A DNA stretch of 63,990 nucleotides, the filler included, from Craspedostauros australis (taxonomy: Eukaryota), in the NCBI GenBank assembly GCA_030167865.1. It is 23 parts of 23 records of this genome, joined end to end, with 100 filler letters (N's around TTAATTAATTAA, not from the genome) between each part and the next. Parts side by side here need not be neighbours in the genome. Positions count along the whole stretch, not along the records: positions 22,455 to 25,557 come from JALAGF010003080.1; positions 25,658 to 27,570 come from JALAGF010003081.1; positions 27,671 to 30,526 come from JALAGF010003082.1; positions 30,627 to 32,848 come from JALAGF010003083.1; positions 32,949 to 34,218 come from JALAGF010003084.1; positions 34,319 to 35,849 come from JALAGF010003085.1; 17 more parts are not named here. The stretch is one strand, 5' to 3'. How positions within the stretch are numbered: position 1 is the stretch's first letter; each line of letters begins with the position of its first letter. The notes beneath the pieces are model-generated. The model ran no database searches, had not been told where the DNA came from, and saw only the letters and a program-made list of their open reading frames with translations. Positions 24,572 through 35,949 of this stretch are shown here, piece after piece. The position numbers and the translations under genes are program-made.

Positions 24572-25557
24572 ATGCCACGAAAGACTGGTCCCACCAAGCA
24601 AGAAAGTTCCGATGGAGCCGAGTGGAACGAGCAGCTGTACTCTCAGATCCGCGAATTGAGGGCGAAGATCGAGAGCGGCGAAATTCCGATGAACAAGAGC
24701 GCGAGAGCTGTGTGGAAAGAGAACCCCGAATTGGCGTTCCTGTCAAGGCGCAATTTTGCTCGGAATCTCCGAAATATGCGAAATACCGTGAAGAGAAACC
24801 GCTCGAAGAAGGCAACTGGGGCCGGTACGTGACTTGCAGTGCATGCCTGAAAATTGCCATTTGTTACTCGTTCATTCACGACATCAATTTCTCACCCTTC
24901 CCAGTGCGCATGGATACAAAATTCTCCCCCAACGTTTCTGATCTTGTCGCGAACGCAACGACGTACAAAGATCAATTTGACGAAGTGATCAAAAAGGTGT
25001 CAACACAGAAACCAGAAGACGCGAAGGAGACGATGAACACGTTCTCGCGCATGGCCTACGGCCCAGAACCACCCACCCCTGCAATGGCAACAGCAGCCCG
25101 TCCCTCTGCCGAACCAAACACGGCGCACATGGCATCGCCCATCCCCACCCATCCACCACCAACCCCAAGACCTCTCTACCACGCCATGGACACGATGACT
25201 GCTGCTCGTACTGAGCCCTCGTCTGTTCATGNNNNNNNNNNNNNNNNNNNNNNNNNNNNNNNNNNNNNNNNNNNNNNNNNNNNNNNNNNNNNNNNNNNNN
25301 NNNNNNNNNNNNNNNNNNNNNNNNNNNNNNNNNNNNNNNNNNNNNNNNNNNNNNNNNNNGAAACGTGGATGAACAAGAACACCGAAATTTTCTTGCCCGC
25401 TGTTCGCCACGTGTACTCCCCAGCCGGTCGTGGGGAGGTGTTCGAAATCACGTTCGAGCTGCCTGGCGGAACATGCTACGGCGATGTGAACGTGCTCATC
25501 AAGGAGCACGGGCGCGTGTTGGAGGTGAGAATCACGCAAAACCAAGAACTCGCATCA
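24572..25557 (+). CDS. Harbinger-associated accessory protein: N-terminal helical (Myb/SANT-like) domain and C-terminal HSP20-like segment; 3' truncated
   Basis: Exon 1 is 24572-24824, then an 80-bp GTACGT...CTCAC...CCAG phase-1 intron at 24825-24904, then exon 2 from 24905, joining two ORF-track frames. Motifs are W..Q...LRAKIESGEIP...VWKENPEL...NFARNLRNMR and EVFEITFELPGG...DVNVLIKEHGRVLEV. Confidence 0.7.
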
Positions 25558-25657
25558 NNNNNNNNNNNNNNNNNNNNNNNNNNNNNNNNNNNNNNNNNNN
25601 NTTAATTAATTAANNNNNNNNNNNNNNNNNNNNNNNNNNNNNNNNNNNNNNNNNNNN

Positions 25658-26085
25658 GTTGGTCCAGATGTTGGTCCGGAGGTTGGTCCGCTGGTTGGTC
25701 CGGATGTTGGTCCGCTGGTTGGTCCGGATGTTGGTCCAGAGGTGGGTCCGCTGGTTGGTCCAGATGTAGGCCCCGAAGTTGGTCCGCTAGTTGGTCCGCT
25801 TGTAGGTCCGCTAGTTGGTCCAGAGGTGGGTCCAGAAGTTGGTCCGCTTGTAGGTCCAGAAGTTGGGCCGGAGGTTGGTCCGCTAGTTGGTCCACTAGTT
25901 GGTCCAGAAGTAGGTCCGCTGGTTGGTCCAGATGTTGGTCCACTGGTTGGTCCGGATGTTGGTCCGCTCGTAGGTCCGGATGTTGGTCCAGATGTTGGTC
26001 CGCTTGTAGGTCCAGAAGTTGGGCCGGAGGTTGGTCCAGAAGTAGGTCCAGAAGTTGGTCCAGAGGTTGGCCCGCTGGTTGGTGA
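25658..26085 (-). repeat. 12-bp coding tandem repeat encoding PTSG, about 35 copies
   Basis: The peptide is invariant while the codons vary synonymously (CCAACCAGCGGA, CCAACTTCTGGA, CCTACAAGCGGA). Confidence 0.92.
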
Positions 26086-27570
26086 GGCTGACAAATCACA
26101 GTTTGCTGTGCATGGCACCTCGAAGACATATGCGACTGAGTCGTCACTGTCCTCATCAGGAGTTTCGCAGAAATCGCACTGCTCCGGATCCTCCAAAGGC
26201 TCGCCAAAATAGATGTAGACTGTCACCATAGTCCAACCATCGAAGCACACCGCTTCCAAGTCGAACGCCGCCTCAGGGGCGACATCGAACTCGGTCTTGC
26301 ACTCAGAGTAGGTAACATTCGCTCTGTATTGGATTGACACAGTCGTGATGTTGGAGTCGGTATCTTCGCCGATGGATGGATTGACTTCGAAAGACACGTG
26401 CGTTCCGTTCTGACTAGTGACAACGATCAAATCGTTGTCTTCAGGAAGGGAAACGCTTGCACCTTCCTGGCGAACGAACTTGGCGCGGAGTTGGTCGTAG
26501 CAATCGGTTGGAGCAGCACTGGTGGTTGGCTCGCCTGTCGGCGCTGGGCTTGTCGTTGGCTGTGACGTCGGTTCCAGTGTTGCTGACGGGCTGTTGTCTC
26601 CTTGCGGGGGTGGCGTATTTGGGTCACGGCATACTCCAATAGATGCGATGGCACCCGGAGCTGTGAACGTCACGATGACTTGATTCATCATTGAAACGTC
26701 AATCTCAACCTTTGTAAATCCACCTGGGTTGGCGCTGGCTGTCGTGGTCTGTGCGAGTCCACCCTCGGATGGATCGGCCGTAGTTCTCGCTGTGATTGTC
26801 ACATCCGCGGCAAGATCGTAGAAAGTAAGTTCAATTGTTTCGGTTGATTGCCCGTTGAAGGTGAACACAATATCACCACCAGTCGGGCTCGGAACAGCGT
26901 CGTTCATATTGCTCTCTTGGATGATGATAGCTGTGCCTGCCTCTGAGTCACCAGTGACCCAGTATCTTGCGTTCTTCCCAGTGGGCCCGCCGTACGACGA
27001 AGGACTATCGCCAAGATCAACGGTGATCGAGTCAATGTCGAATATATCGTATATCTCAGAGGGAACATAGCCATTGCCAGTTGGCTGGTTGTCGCCGTCA
27101 GCGGCGAAGTCAAGAACTGTGTAGATGCAAATGGTCTCAGTTGGGCCGCTGGTTGGACCACTGGTAGGTCCCGACGTTGGCATCGATGTTGGCGCGATAG
27201 TGTCATAACAGTCGGTCTCGCACGGCAACTCGAACACGTACGCAACAGAGTCGTCACTGTCTTCATCAGGTGTCTCACAGTATTCGCACTGCTCCGGATC
27301 CTCCAAGGGTTCTCCAAAGTAGATGTAGACTGTCACCATTGTCCAACCATCGAAGCACACCGCTTCCAAGTCGAACGCCGCCTCAGGGACGACATCGAAC
27401 TCGGTCTTGCACTCAGAATGGGTCACGTTAGGTCTGTACTCGATGGACACGGCAGTGATGTTGGAGTCGGTGTCTTCGCCGATGGCTGGGTTCACAGCGA
27501 ACGACACATGGGTGCCGTTCAGACCGGTGATGACAATGAGGTCGCTGTCCAATGGCAGAGGGACGTCAGC
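25658..27570 (-). CDS. Mucin-like Pro/Thr/Ser-rich extracellular protein (internal fragment) with a duplicated Cys-containing domain and (PTSG)n
   Basis: Open frame across the contig with two roughly 115-aa domains ending AYVFE(L/V)PC, a central beta-rich domain (IIIQE...GGDIVFTF...GAIASIGVC), NxT sequons and about 35 PTSG units. Confidence 0.88.
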
Positions 27571-30500
27571 NNNNNNNNNNNNNNNNNNNNNNNNNNNNNN
27601 NNNNNNNNNNNNNNTTAATTAATTAANNNNNNNNNNNNNNNNNNNNNNNNNNNNNNNNNNNNNNNNNNNNATGATTCTGATGATGATGACATGCCCATTT
27701 TCTATGTCATGTATGCATTTGCTCTTTGTGTCCGCGATACCAAGAAGGTGAAGGTGACGCCAATTGCGAAGAAAAAGGTGCGACGTGCTCGACGTGCTGC
27801 AGCGCACAAGCAGAAGGACATCACCAAGGATGACATGTCCATCCATCCCAATGAAGCCACATCCTAGTGCAAACAGTGCACAATTGCATCTTGCACCAAC
27901 ATCAACACCAAACATAACAGTAGTAGTAGTTCTCAACAACAACCAGTTTTGTGAAATCGAGACAGCTGATTTGTGTTGTGTTACGAAACATTCGAGATTG
28001 TTCGATCCGATTCTGAGATGTCGAATCACGGGTGGAGATATGTCACGGATGTCAATTTCCCTCAACTCCCTGAACCTCGTCATGTTCGGAACTGTTTCTG
28101 TTCATTTCTGCAAGTTGCTGTCACTATGTACAGACTCGTGTCATGGTGCAGAGTTGTCATGATCTGGTTGTCTTGTTGTGTCTTCGTTGCTGGGATCCTC
28201 ACTGCTGATGGTGTCAGCCACTTGAGCGCTTGAAGCCCAAGTCTGTTGGTGGCTGCTGTTGGCTTTGACCCATGGCGGTTGCTGGTGGTGGGTCGTCGTT
28301 TGTCGGAAACGCTTTTGATAGTTCGTCCTGATCTTCCTATCTGCACGAGTACAAATACTCCATTGAAGTTGTGTACCGCGGCGAGGCATGTTTGATGTCC
28401 AACTGATGATGACCGTTCTCCTTTCGAGGAACGGAGAAGGGTCGACCGTCGAAGTAGACCAAATGGCTGCTGGCACAAACGAAACAAAAAGTGAAGGGGA
28501 GAGCGAGAAACAGGAACACTGAAAGCGCACATCTTGATGATGGCTCGGTCAGTACCACGCCATCCACGCAAAGAGGCAAAGCGTCTTTTCTCTTTCGCTG
28601 TACTCCGCCGCCACATGAGCTCGTGCCACACTCCGCGCAATCACATGGAGAAGAGCAAAGAGCCATGCAAGGTGTGTGGAGATCCATGCCAACAGCATCA
28701 ACGCCAAGAGAATGCCATGTTTTCATGACCAAGATCAAGATCAAGACCACAACCATGCTCATGGGTCATCGTCGTGTCAAAAACAAGGAGATGAAACCGA
28801 GTACCGCAGAGCACAACGCAGGGCTCCAATGGCGCGCCAAGCACTTCGAACAGTTCCAACAGGATGGTGAGACCTCCTCTCCGACTGCCGCCGCCGCCTC
28901 AACCATCACCGCCGCACTCTTCTGACAGCAACCACGACCGCAACTGCAACAACCACAAACATGACGAACCAGAGCGCGCGATGGTAAGTGTCAGTACATC
29001 TCAGCACTCACTGACACAAGCAAACTTTCATCGTCGGTGTCTTGGAAGCGGAAGCGGAAGTGGAGGTACATGAGAGGGAGAGGCCGAAACACCTTTGGAC
29101 ACCGTTGCCGCGCTGTGATGTCCCCACCATCTCTTGTCATTCTTTGCTTCCGCTTCCTCCTTGGGTCCGGCACTTCGATGATCGACAAAAGACGGGAAGG
29201 AGAAGCGCGATTGTTCGTCAGTCTATGCCAGCGGTCGTTTTGATTCGGTTTTGATGCGCCGCACTTCTGGTCAACCCATCTCCTTCGTCAGTTTGCGCTT
29301 CCTGTGCTCCTCCTTCTTGTTGCTCCCCCTACTTTTCAACATCATGATCGATTGCCATGCCTCGGTTGTTTCATCTCTTTTCGTCCCCTCCAATTCAGTT
29401 CATCGTTCTCGGCTGAATCGCTACAGAGAAAGCATGTCGCAAAACCACTGTAGAAGTGATTTCATATAATATTCTAGGTATGATATAATAGAGAAAATGC
29501 CTGCCCGCACACGAGTACGATGCCAATGCCGATTTCGGTGAATGACAAGCGATCACATGATCATGATCGCCATGGATCAAAGTGATGCCTGCATGAAGAG
29601 GGGCGCCGCGGTGTTGCCTTCCCTTGGGTGAACGCGTCAGCGTACGTCTCTACTACTGCTCGTGAGGCAGACCAGACAGAGACACAGACACGGACACCTC
29701 TCCGCGAGCAAGACCAACGACGAACACAACACTTCGCCCCATGAGATTCCGCAAAGTGTTCGCTGGGGTGTCGACGACTGATCCTTGGCGCTGGCCATCA
29801 ACGCCGCGAATGAGAACCTCTCCGCCAACAACAACGAATACTGGCCGAGCTGTTTTTAGCAGCTGGCCGCATCTCCAGGTTCGACTTTTCGACAGCGTTG
29901 TCTCATTCGGCTTTGTCGCAAGGGTTGGTGGCACCGAGGGAGTGTTCGTTTGCTGAGTTGTTGGTTGGTTGGTTGGTTGGTTGGTTGGTTGACAAACAAA
30001 CGGCGTTGTCATGGCACTTGCACGGTACCGCATGTTTTACTTGTACAGACAAATCACATCCTAATAATATGATCCCTTCATCCATCGTTGCTGTGTCAGT
30101 CTCTCTTTTCATGGTCTTATAAATAACACTTGTGCCATTGGCGTCAACGGGTAGATCGTATGTTTGAGATAAGAGCAGCAACAACATCAAAACTATGAGT
30201 AGATGCAGAGTAACAAAGGAAACGAGTCCGACCATCCCCACAGCAGCGGTCCGCAGTTTGTCGAATGGCGTTCATCCATCGAAACCTCTTGGTTCCACGC
30301 ACAGGAGCGATCACAAAGAATCGCAAACATGGACATGGGCCATCATCACAGGAAGGACAGAACCTCGTTCCCAACCCCACAGCTGGCGGTGGCGTCTGTA
30401 TTCACATTGTTTTGCCGCGACGGCGACCAAAATGGTACCATGGGTACCATTGCTCAGCCGCAATCATACCATCCTTCTCCATGAACGATGCGGCGCCAAC

Positions 30501-30974
30501 CACATCAAGAGGGCAGAGAATGCCAGNNNNNNNNNNNNNNNNNNNNNNNNNNNNNNNNNNNNNNNNNNNNTTAATTAATTAANNNNNNNNNNNNNNNNNN
30601 NNNNNNNNNNNNNNNNNNNNNNNNNNACCTGCGGATGTTCTGATCCTTTCTGATGTTCCAAACCTGTGGATGTTCTTGTCCGCAGGAGGGGCGCGTGCTG
30701 TCCTCTGAAGGAGGTGCGTCACTTGCCCTTCGGCCTGCTGTTCTGATCGACGTCGTCGTCTGCATGGTTGCCATGGTTGGTTTGGTATTGGGACCTCCTG
30801 ATCCGCCATGGGTGTCGTCCTTACGTTACCAGAGGACAGACTACCCTCCTCGCGGTAGTACAGGTATCAATCACGTCCGTATCCTTAGTCATAGTCATAA
30901 TGACATGGTATACAAAGGTGTGACAAATAGTCTCNGAACATGTGACGAATAATATTCAAAGCTGTGACGAATAA

Positions 30975-31397
30975 TGTTGGGAGGTGCGGCAATCACGGGT
31001 ATTCCGAAAAAGTCGTACCCTCAATTCCTAACAGGTCGAGGAGCTGAATGAGCTCCCAACCAGGGTGTTCCCGTGACGAATGGAAGATCGTGATCTGGTT
31101 GAATGAACCGACCTGTGTGAAGCCTACAACTCGGCGATGTCTAAGGCATCAAAACTATCAGTGGAGGACAACGTGCTTTTGTGCACGGACATGGGGTACT
31201 CGGTGGTGCATGCATGTCCATGATGAATTTGCGATGAATGCAAGATGGATGCCTGCTAGACCAACAGAGGGACCCATGGAGATCTCAGGAGAAGATCGAA
31301 CTTTGCAATTGAGAGCAATGAAGAGCTCACAGTTCAGAGAAGTAGATTCTAACAAACGATTAGTTTTCTACTATCACACCACCCCGGATTTCCAACA
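30975..31397 (+). mobile_element. Putative LTR (TGTTGG...CCAACA) followed by a PBS-like TGGCAC...
   Basis: 6-bp terminal inverted repeats with TGG immediately 3'. The 3' end ACCCCGGATTTCCAACA recurs, ending at 32635. Confidence 0.5.
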
Positions 31398-32164
31398 TGG
31401 CACATCATCGAAGGACTGGACTAATCGTGCCAGAACTCCATGTTCTGAACCAAGTGTGATCATCAGTGAACATGTGAGAAGAGTGAGTGAACAACGCGGA
31501 AGAGTGCACTGAACAAGTGATGGATGCCTGATGAGAAGAGAGTGAATCGAGCATTGGCATGCATGCACCTCAGGGGTGTAGGAGGACACCTCTATGAATG
31601 TCGAGATGTACATGTGAGTATATGTCAAGATGTACATGTATATGTGCATCGTTCACCCGTTATTCTCTCATACGCACTTGGACGGTATAACTACATTCGT
31701 GTCGATAGTATTCTGTGATTCGTCAGAATTACAGCGGAAATGGAACACACGAAAAAGAGCAAGATTTCTGGAGGAAATTTGCAATCGATGATTTCTGAGA
31801 GAATTAGAAGATCGTCCGTCCATCCATCAATGGTACCAAGAGAATCTCGAGGTACTCTCCAACTAAACCTCAGATGACGATATCATCTGACAGACTCCTG
31901 CATCATCAATGGAACATGACATCTGGAGAGCAGAAGGACGCCTACTGACGTCGACAGGATGTCATCGTGTCACCATGTCGACATCTGTCTCCAAGTCAGA
32001 GCAGGAGGCAAAGATCCGATGACCGAAGAGGATCAGCATCATGGATACTGAAGGTGAACTTCAAATGGTAAGTACTCATGGAGTAGGAGCCAGTGCTGAG
32101 CGAACGGAGTGTCGAATGCAGAGTACGCATCGAACACGGAGTATCGTGTAGCACGAACACATGA

Positions 32165-32168
32165 TGTT

Positions 32169-32200
<32 letters not shown>

Positions 32201-32413
32201 GAATACAGAGAGGAGCGAGAGAGCATCTTGTGTACCGACTCATAGTCGGAGACCGAATCTACGAAACAGATTGAAGCACTGAGAGCATCGGGCAAGAGAA
32301 CGGGCGTACACCGAGAGGATCGGAGTAGCCAAGTAATGAAATAGCAAACGAACGACTATCAACCAACACCATCTTCCACGATTGTAGGTTACCGTGAGCG
32401 GAACTTGCCAACA
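32165..32413 (+). mobile_element. Putative solo LTR, 249 bp, with a near-perfect 5-bp target-site duplication
   Basis: Ends are TGTTG...CAACA, flanks are CATGA and TATGA (one transition), and there is an internal (GA)n tract. Confidence 0.5.
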
Positions 32414-32948
32414 TATGAACAAGCATGATGAAATGCACCTGTCATGAGCAATGAGATGCGCATGATGGAGAGGGTTTGCTATGATGATTGTGAGGGGCAA
32501 CTACAGGAGGCCATAAGCATCATCGTGGGCAAACGAGTTGAGGATTCGAGAAATGAATGTATTGTTCTCACAGTTCTAAAACGGTACAGTTTAATATAGG
32601 TTAAACTACAGTATCTATACCCCGGATTTCCAACAGTAACTGGATTGAGGAGTCCACTTACGAAAACGCCCACACAAAAATTCCTTACGGATACAATGCG
32701 TTACTCGAAGGAGCCCGAAAAAAAACACTTTGGGATCTGGAAGGCAAATCACGCTTTTTTCTACGAGCCCGATCAGTGAGTCGACCAACACTTTGAAATA
32801 GACCTCCAGAAATTTTCTCTTCTACATACTAACCAAGCACATATTCGTNNNNNNNNNNNNNNNNNNNNNNNNNNNNNNNNNNNNNNNNNNNNTTAATTAA
32901 TTAANNNNNNNNNNNNNNNNNNNNNNNNNNNNNNNNNNNNNNNNNNNN

Positions 32949-34218
32949 GGCGATCTTGCTCGCCGAATGCAAGACAATCGATGCCATCCTTCGCGGCTGT
33001 AGATTGGTTGACCCAACCGACGAACTTTATGTCGCGATGCAGGCAACCAGACTGCTGAAGGCCGACGGTGGTTTCATCCCTAAGAACTTCAAGGGTAACA
33101 AACAGACGGGAGCACCGTCCAACAATCCGAGCAGCAATCCCAGTGTGGCACCAACCAGTTTGCCTACCAGCTCTCCTACATTGGCACCAACTGCGTTGGC
33201 CAGAATAATGACAACAACACCGACTTCTACACCAACCTTGCCACCAACTGGGGCACCAACTTCAAGGCCAACTGGGCGGCCAGTTGCCTCACCGACCAGC
33301 AATCCAACCTTGAGGCCTACCTCATCACCGACCGATCAGCCAACAGGTGGAGCAACCAGCATGCCGACGCGAGATCCAACTTCCATGCCGACATCGGGGC
33401 CTACATCTGCATCAACTACCGCCTCGTTTGTATTTGATTCCAGCATCTCCGTGGCCTGCGAGCCAGATGTTGCGCCGCCATGCTTTCCGCCTGATGCATT
33501 CGACCCAAATGCCATCATCTGCAATCCATCCAAGACTTCGTGCCGCGAGGCCGTCACTGCTGTTCGAAGCACACCAGGATTGCAGAATTACTTCGCATGC
33601 GCTGGCCTCTTGACCAAGGGGGATGTGCGCAAGCTATTCAACCGATATGCATCCAACCCCTTGCTAGCTGAGGAGCTGACGCTATCGTCCGTCGCCGGCA
33701 CCACTCTGCTCACAGCTCTTGGTGGCGAGAACATCTACTACGTGTGCCAGGACGCCGGGGCTCCATGCTATGCAGAGGAGTATCACTGTACCAGCGCCGA
33801 CGGTTACAGTTTCATGACCATTGCCACCACTGCCTGCATTGGGTCTGGATCTTGCGACAGGATGGGACTAAACCCATTGGTCCTGGATTCATCCTGTACC
33901 AGCAAAGGGGCATGCGCCGGCATGAACTCTCTTTATGTTTCCGATTGCTATGGTCCTCACCCAACGTACGGTGTCACCTTCATTGGTCAACTGGCCTGCA
34001 CTGATTATCTTTCCTGCACCGTCGCTGATGAATATTCCTACGGAGACGCCATCACACAAAGCGGCGCCTGCGTTGGGCCCTACGCCCGTGCGGGCGTTGG
34101 CTTCCGCATTGAACAGAACGGGGCCAGCCACTCCCGGAGCCACGTCAGAATTGGGTCCAACGCATGCCTTGGTGATCATGCATACGGCGGAGCACATGCG
34201 AGCTTTTACTACGACTGC
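32949..34218 (+). CDS. Extracellular-type protein fragment: PTS-rich stalk plus Cys-rich (S/A)C-x-G-x-x-(A/S)C repeats
   Basis: Open frame with an RLL site before PT/PS tetrapeptide repeats, then TACIGSGSC, SSCTSKGAC, LACTDYLSC, GACVGPYA and NACLGDHA. Confidence 0.7.
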
Positions 34219-34318
34219 NNNNNNNNNNNNNNNNNNNNNNNNNNNNNNNNNNNNNNNNNNNNTTAATTAATTAANNNNNNNNNNNNNNNNNNNNNNNNNN
34301 NNNNNNNNNNNNNNNNNN

Positions 34319-35849
34319 CCACATCGGAGAATGGGTCAGATCCATCGAAGTGGAGGAGGAATCCACTCTCGAATCCACCCTTGACGCGATGTTCACCGAC
34401 ACAGACACCACCGCCAAAGCCATGGCAGACTTCTGCCGTTCCGAACGATGCGGCAAACGCCATCACAACCAAGCCTGGTTGAATGCCATCGGAGAACATA
34501 AGAAGGCACTCTCCAACGCATCCGCNACNAGCATCTCATCTGGGTCAGAAGCATCTACCCATAGAACCGGACGCGACAACGACAGCCACCCAGGAGGAAC
34601 CCCATCTGGGCTCTCCCTCATGCTTGGTGGGAATACACCACACCGTACCCCACCCAACTTCCAGAACGAAACCCAGCTCTCCAGCATCGCCAAGCAAGGA
34701 TCACAAAACACGTCACCAGTGATCATCGACACCCGTGGCACCACTCCGCCCAACGAAGATACCGAACCAGGCACCNNNNNNNNNNNNNNNNNNNNNNNNN
34801 NNNNNNNNNNNNNNNNNNNNNNNNNNNNNNNNNNNNNNNNNNNNNNNNNACTCTTCCCCAACGTAGACCCCGCGACGATCGGCGATTACAACCGCAACCC
34901 CACCGGCGCCAAGGTAGTAACCTTCGCCCCCGAAACGACCGCCGGAGGCCCAGGAGGTACCAACCCACCCCGAATGAACTACCCAGAGAACGACGGAAAC
35001 CGCCCACCCTACGATCGGAACCCGCATCCCTACCACGGTACCGCGGATACACCAGCCTCACATGGCGTGAGCAACTATCGAGGCAACAACGGGCACGAAC
35101 CCGTGAACCGAAACCCTGCCAGCAACCCACCCGCGAACCATGGGACAAGCCGTCCGCATCGNNNNNNNNNNNNNNNNNNNNNNNNNNNNNNNNNNNNNNN
35201 NNNNNNNNNNNNNNNNNNNNNNNNNNNNNNNNNNNNNNNNNNNNNNNNNNNNNNNNNNNNNNNNNNNNNNNNNNNNNNNNNNCCAGGAGGATTCCCGCCC
35301 ATTGGAATCCCTATCCCCATGGGCCATTTTCCCCATGGAGCCGGAGTTTTTCCAATGCCGCAAGGAGCCTTCACCCCTGTCGGACCTCCTCACCCCAGGT
35401 ATCCATCACGACCACCCGCGTATGGGTACCGCCCAACCGAACCCAACGGAGGTTTCGGAAGACATGACCCTTGCAACATGGGCCCGAACACCCCACACGG
35501 GCAACACGAACCCGCATATGCACCCCATCGAGGACCCACCCGAAGCGAACCACCGGTCGCCCAGGCCAAGCTAACGAAGCGACGCCCCATCCCTGACTCT
35601 GTCAAATTCATGAGTGATGCGGCATCCTTCCAAGTGGTGAAACACCAAATCCATGCCCACCTCCTTGGAAACGACATGGCGTACCTGATCAACGACCAGT
35701 TCCGGCACCGATACCACTCCCAAGGGATCCACGCGATCAAGGACCACATTGACCCGGTGACTGGGGTGCCAACAACCACATCACCAGAACAGGTCGCGAG
35801 CGACGTCAGGACCCTATTCGCGGGACTATATTCCGTCTTCGCCGGCGGC
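34319..35849 (+). mobile_element. CoDi-like gag fragment with a long Pro/Gly/His-rich N-terminal region
   Basis: Open frame ending IPDSVKF...MAYLINDQF...QVASDVRTLFAGLYSVFAGG, comparable to the DAQFYAVLRSKTCKG gag start at 38151. Internal Ns are typical of multicopy sequence. Confidence 0.55.
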
Positions 35850-35949
35850 NNNNNNNNNNNNNNNNNNNNNNNNNNNNNNNNNNNNNNNNNNNNTTAATTA
35901 ATTAANNNNNNNNNNNNNNNNNNNNNNNNNNNNNNNNNNNNNNNNNNNN

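Noticed and set aside
27671..30526. Short ORFs on both strands
   Set aside because: There is no coherent frame, motif or splice model. The contig is intergenic or decayed.
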